Assembly: GCA_029261035.1 (NCBI GenBank)
Contig: JAJDCD010000008.1
Location: 98,313-162,312, forward strand
Source: Candidatus Omnitrophota bacterium
GTDB taxonomy: Bacteria; Omnitrophota; Omnitrophia; Omnitrophales; JACROU01
DNA: 64,000 nucleotides
Direction: 5' to 3'
Each line of letters begins with the position of its first letter. Position 1 is the stretch's first letter. Under the pieces are notes generated by a model that saw nothing but the letters and a program-made list of their open reading frames with translations, did no database searches and was not told the DNA's origin. This document shows positions 61,975-64,000 of the stretch, in pieces. Position numbers and translations under genes: made by a program.

Positions 61975-62910
61975 TTAAGAAACAGAAATTGGTGTTTGAA
62001 CTTCAGCTTTTGACTCTAACCAACCAACATAGTCTTTAACAGCTTCTTTAAAATTATATTTAGATTTAAATCCAAGAATTTTATTCGAAGATGCCATTTC
62101 AGCACGTGTATCATTTTGGTAGAAAGCATATGGGTTATCAAAGTATTCAGGCTCAAACTTGGTTCCCAAACCTTCATTAAGAGCTTCAATCAACTCGTTA
62201 AATGAAGTACCTCGCCCTGTCCCCACATTAAAAACCCCACTTCTTTTAGCTTCTAAAGCTGCTAAATTTGCACGCACAACATCTTTCACATAAATATGAT
62301 CTCTTTTTTGTTCTCCAAATTTAAAAATCCTAGGATTTTTACCTTCTTTCATCTGAAGATAAAGTTGGTAGATCATACTTGCTGCTTTTTCCTTGTGCTG
62401 TTCATGCGGACCAAAAACATTAAAATACCGTAGCCCAACAATCACATTAGGATATAACTTCATAACATCATAAACAAATTGATCCATTAAATATTTAGAA
62501 AATGCATATGGATTTAAAGGATTTAACCCCTTATCTTCTACCTGAGGAGATTCACTATTACCATACACCCCTGCACTAGAAGCATAAACCAAACGTGCTT
62601 TATGTTTTAAACCAAATTCCAATATACGATGAAAACCTTCAAAATTCTCTTGGATCATAAATTTTTGATCCATAATTGTAGTATCGGTAATCGCTGCTTC
62701 ATGGAAAATTACATTAGGCTTAGGAACACGGCTATCGAAATCTACATCCAATACAGACTCAGCAATAACCTCGCCCTTAAAACCTATTAAATTCTTAAAA
62801 GTCCCTGTAGAAAAGTTATCAATAATAGTAACTTTAAAGCCTAAACGTTCTAATTCTAATGCGATCTGAGAACCTATAAATCCAGCTCCCCCTGTTACTA
62901 ATGCTCTCAT
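61975..62910 (-). CDS. hldD: ADP-L-glycero-D-manno-heptose 6-epimerase-like NAD-dependent epimerase
   Basis: MRALVTGGAGFIGS Rossmann start. YASSAGVYG and YxxxK catalytic pattern. 311 aa. Confidence 0.65.
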   Translation of the reverse strand: MRALVTGGAGFIGSQIALELERLGFKVTIIDNFSTGTFKNLIGFKGEVIAESVLDVDFDSRVPKPNVIFHEAAITDTTIMDQKFMIQENFEGFHRILEFGLKHKARLVYASSAGVYGNSESPQVEDKGLNPLNPYAFSKYLMDQFVYDVMKLYPNVIVGLRYFNVFGPHEQHKEKAASMIYQLYLQMKEGKNPRIFKFGEQKRDHIYVKDVVRANLAALEAKRSGVFNVGTGRGTSFNELIEALNEGLGTKFEPEYFDNPYAFYQNDTRAEMASSNKILGFKSKYNFKEAVKDYVGWLESKAEVQTPISVS

Positions 62911-62992
62911 AGAAGTATCTCCTTCTTAATTCATGAAATTTGGGCACATTTTACCTGATTATACTCAAAAACTAAAGAGATTAAATAGTCCT

Positions 62993-64000
62993 TTATTTCA
63001 ACTTCTTCCTTTTCATAAATCCTTGAAAAGAAAGAAGAAATGCTAATACAGGAAACAAAAAGCCAAGTTTGAGGTAAAAAGTCTCTGTCGTCGAAACAGG
63101 AATAGGCCTGGTAATTCCCCCTGTCACAAAGATATCCGTACCTGATTTATCCTTAATCTGATCAACCACTATTCCCTTAGGCGATATTAGGGCAGAAACA
63201 CCGGTATTTGCAGAGTGAATAACCCACCGCCCTGTCTCCACTGCCCTTAAAATTGAAGGCTGCAAATGCTGATATGGAGCTGAACTCTTCTTAAACCAGG
63301 CATCATTCGTAATAACAACAATAATTTGAGCTCCCAACCATGCCAGATCTCTTGAAAAAGATGGGAATACATTTTCAAAACAAATAAGAGGACCCACTTT
63401 CACTTTGTTGGCAGACTTATCATTACTAGAATCTAAACCATTCCCTAGAGGAATTTCAAATGTTTTCAACTCGCTTCCACTCGAAAAATCGCTAACCCCT
63501 AATTGATATGCCAAACTTTCTAAAGGAAACAATAAAAAACGAAAGGGTAAATACTCACCAAATGGAACAAGAGCCATTTTGTCATATCTATTCAAAATAG
63601 AACCCTCTCTACCAATATAGTAAGCGCTATTGTAGTAATCTGTCTCGCTTTCTTGAGTCAAAGCACCAACAAGAAAAGGAACATTAATTTGAGTGATCTC
63701 TTCTAGAAAGGTGGGGCTTCTTTCTAAATTTAAATATCCAGGATAAGCTGCCTCTGGCCATATGATTAGATCAGGCCCATCAAAAGCAGCTAACTCCGAT
63801 AATTTTAAATGTTTTTCAATAATAATATTTTTTAATCGACGATCCCATTTTGACTCTTGTGGAATATTCCCTTGAATAAGAGCCACCCGAAAAATGGGTC
63901 CTCTGAGCTCTTTCATGATTTGAGCTTTACCAGATTGGAAAGAGAAAAATAAGAGAACAACAGTAACTAAACTTAAGAACCCCACAATAACAAATCTATG
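62993..64000 (-). CDS. lnt: Apolipoprotein N-acyltransferase, 5'-truncated by the window end (C-terminal CN-hydrolase domain plus final TM present)
   Basis: CN-hydrolase motifs (VALIQGNIP, ICFE, WVIHSANTGVSA) followed by a C-terminal TM and KRKKLK tail. The N-terminal polytopic domain would lie beyond 64000. Confidence 0.6.
   Translation of the reverse strand, partial: HRFVIVGFLSLVTVVLLFFSFQSGKAQIMKELRGPIFRVALIQGNIPQESKWDRRLKNIIIEKHLKLSELAAFDGPDLIIWPEAAYPGYLNLERSPTFLEEITQINVPFLVGALTQESETDYYNSAYYIGREGSILNRYDKMALVPFGEYLPFRFLLFPLESLAYQLGVSDFSSGSELKTFEIPLGNGLDSSNDKSANKVKVGPLICFENVFPSFSRDLAWLGAQIIVVITNDAWFKKSSAPYQHLQPSILRAVETGRWVIHSANTGVSALISPKGIVVDQIKDKSGTDIFVTGGITRPIPVSTTETFYLKLGFLFPVLAFLLSFQGFMKRKKLK

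Noticed and set aside
1-64000. CRISPR arrays, tRNA/rRNA genes, IS elements/transposases, integrases
   Set aside because: No direct-repeat/spacer periodicity in any intergenic region. Intergenic regions (all 276 nt or shorter) show no cloverleaf-compatible G/C-rich segments. No transposase/integrase-like ORF. The gene content is housekeeping and syntenic.

Overview
This is an AT-rich 64 kb chromosomal stretch from a diderm (Gram-negative-type) bacterium. Every gene I can support is on the minus strand, about 58 co-oriented genes. The taxon cannot be fixed from sequence alone.

Low to high coordinate on the minus strand, the content is:
- yajQ, a PilZ protein, two SPOR-domain proteins, a GNAT acetyltransferase, lepB-lepA, rpe, an M16 peptidase, ruvX, trpA-trpB.
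- A tightly coupled six-gene envelope-type operon: M48 peptidase, TPR/HExxH peptidase_MA-like protein, ParB-like protein, zinc-ribbon peptide, BatD-like protein, BatE-like TPR+SH3b protein.
- An NSS-family sodium symporter with a coupled micro-ORF.
- A monocistronic giant 2585-aa envelope protein with its own terminator and promoter region.
- mazG, a uvrD/pcrA-type helicase, the glycine cleavage operon (gcvT-gcvH-gcvPA-gcvPB) followed by a lipoate ligase and a small protein of unknown function.
- A dcw cluster (murE-murF-mraY-murD-ftsW-murG-murC-murB-ddl-ftsQ-ftsA) that lacks ftsZ, ftsI, ftsL, rsmH and mraZ at its edges.
- A PNP/UDP-family nucleosidase, a non-canonical Tol/Pal-like module (pal-like, unknown, tolA/tonB-like, tolQ/exbB, tolR/exbD), and a second coupled micro-ORF.
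- An HD-GYP phosphodiesterase, a dGTPase, a COG1672-type ATPase, an orphan receiver, CcsA- and ResB-like cytochrome c biogenesis proteins, hldD and a 5'-truncated lnt.

No rRNA, tRNA, CRISPR or mobile element is evident. The strongest candidates for undescribed biology are the giant multi-domain envelope ORF, the ParB-like/Zn-ribbon pair inside a peptidase/Bat-like operon, and the two RBS-coupled single-TM micro-ORFs.
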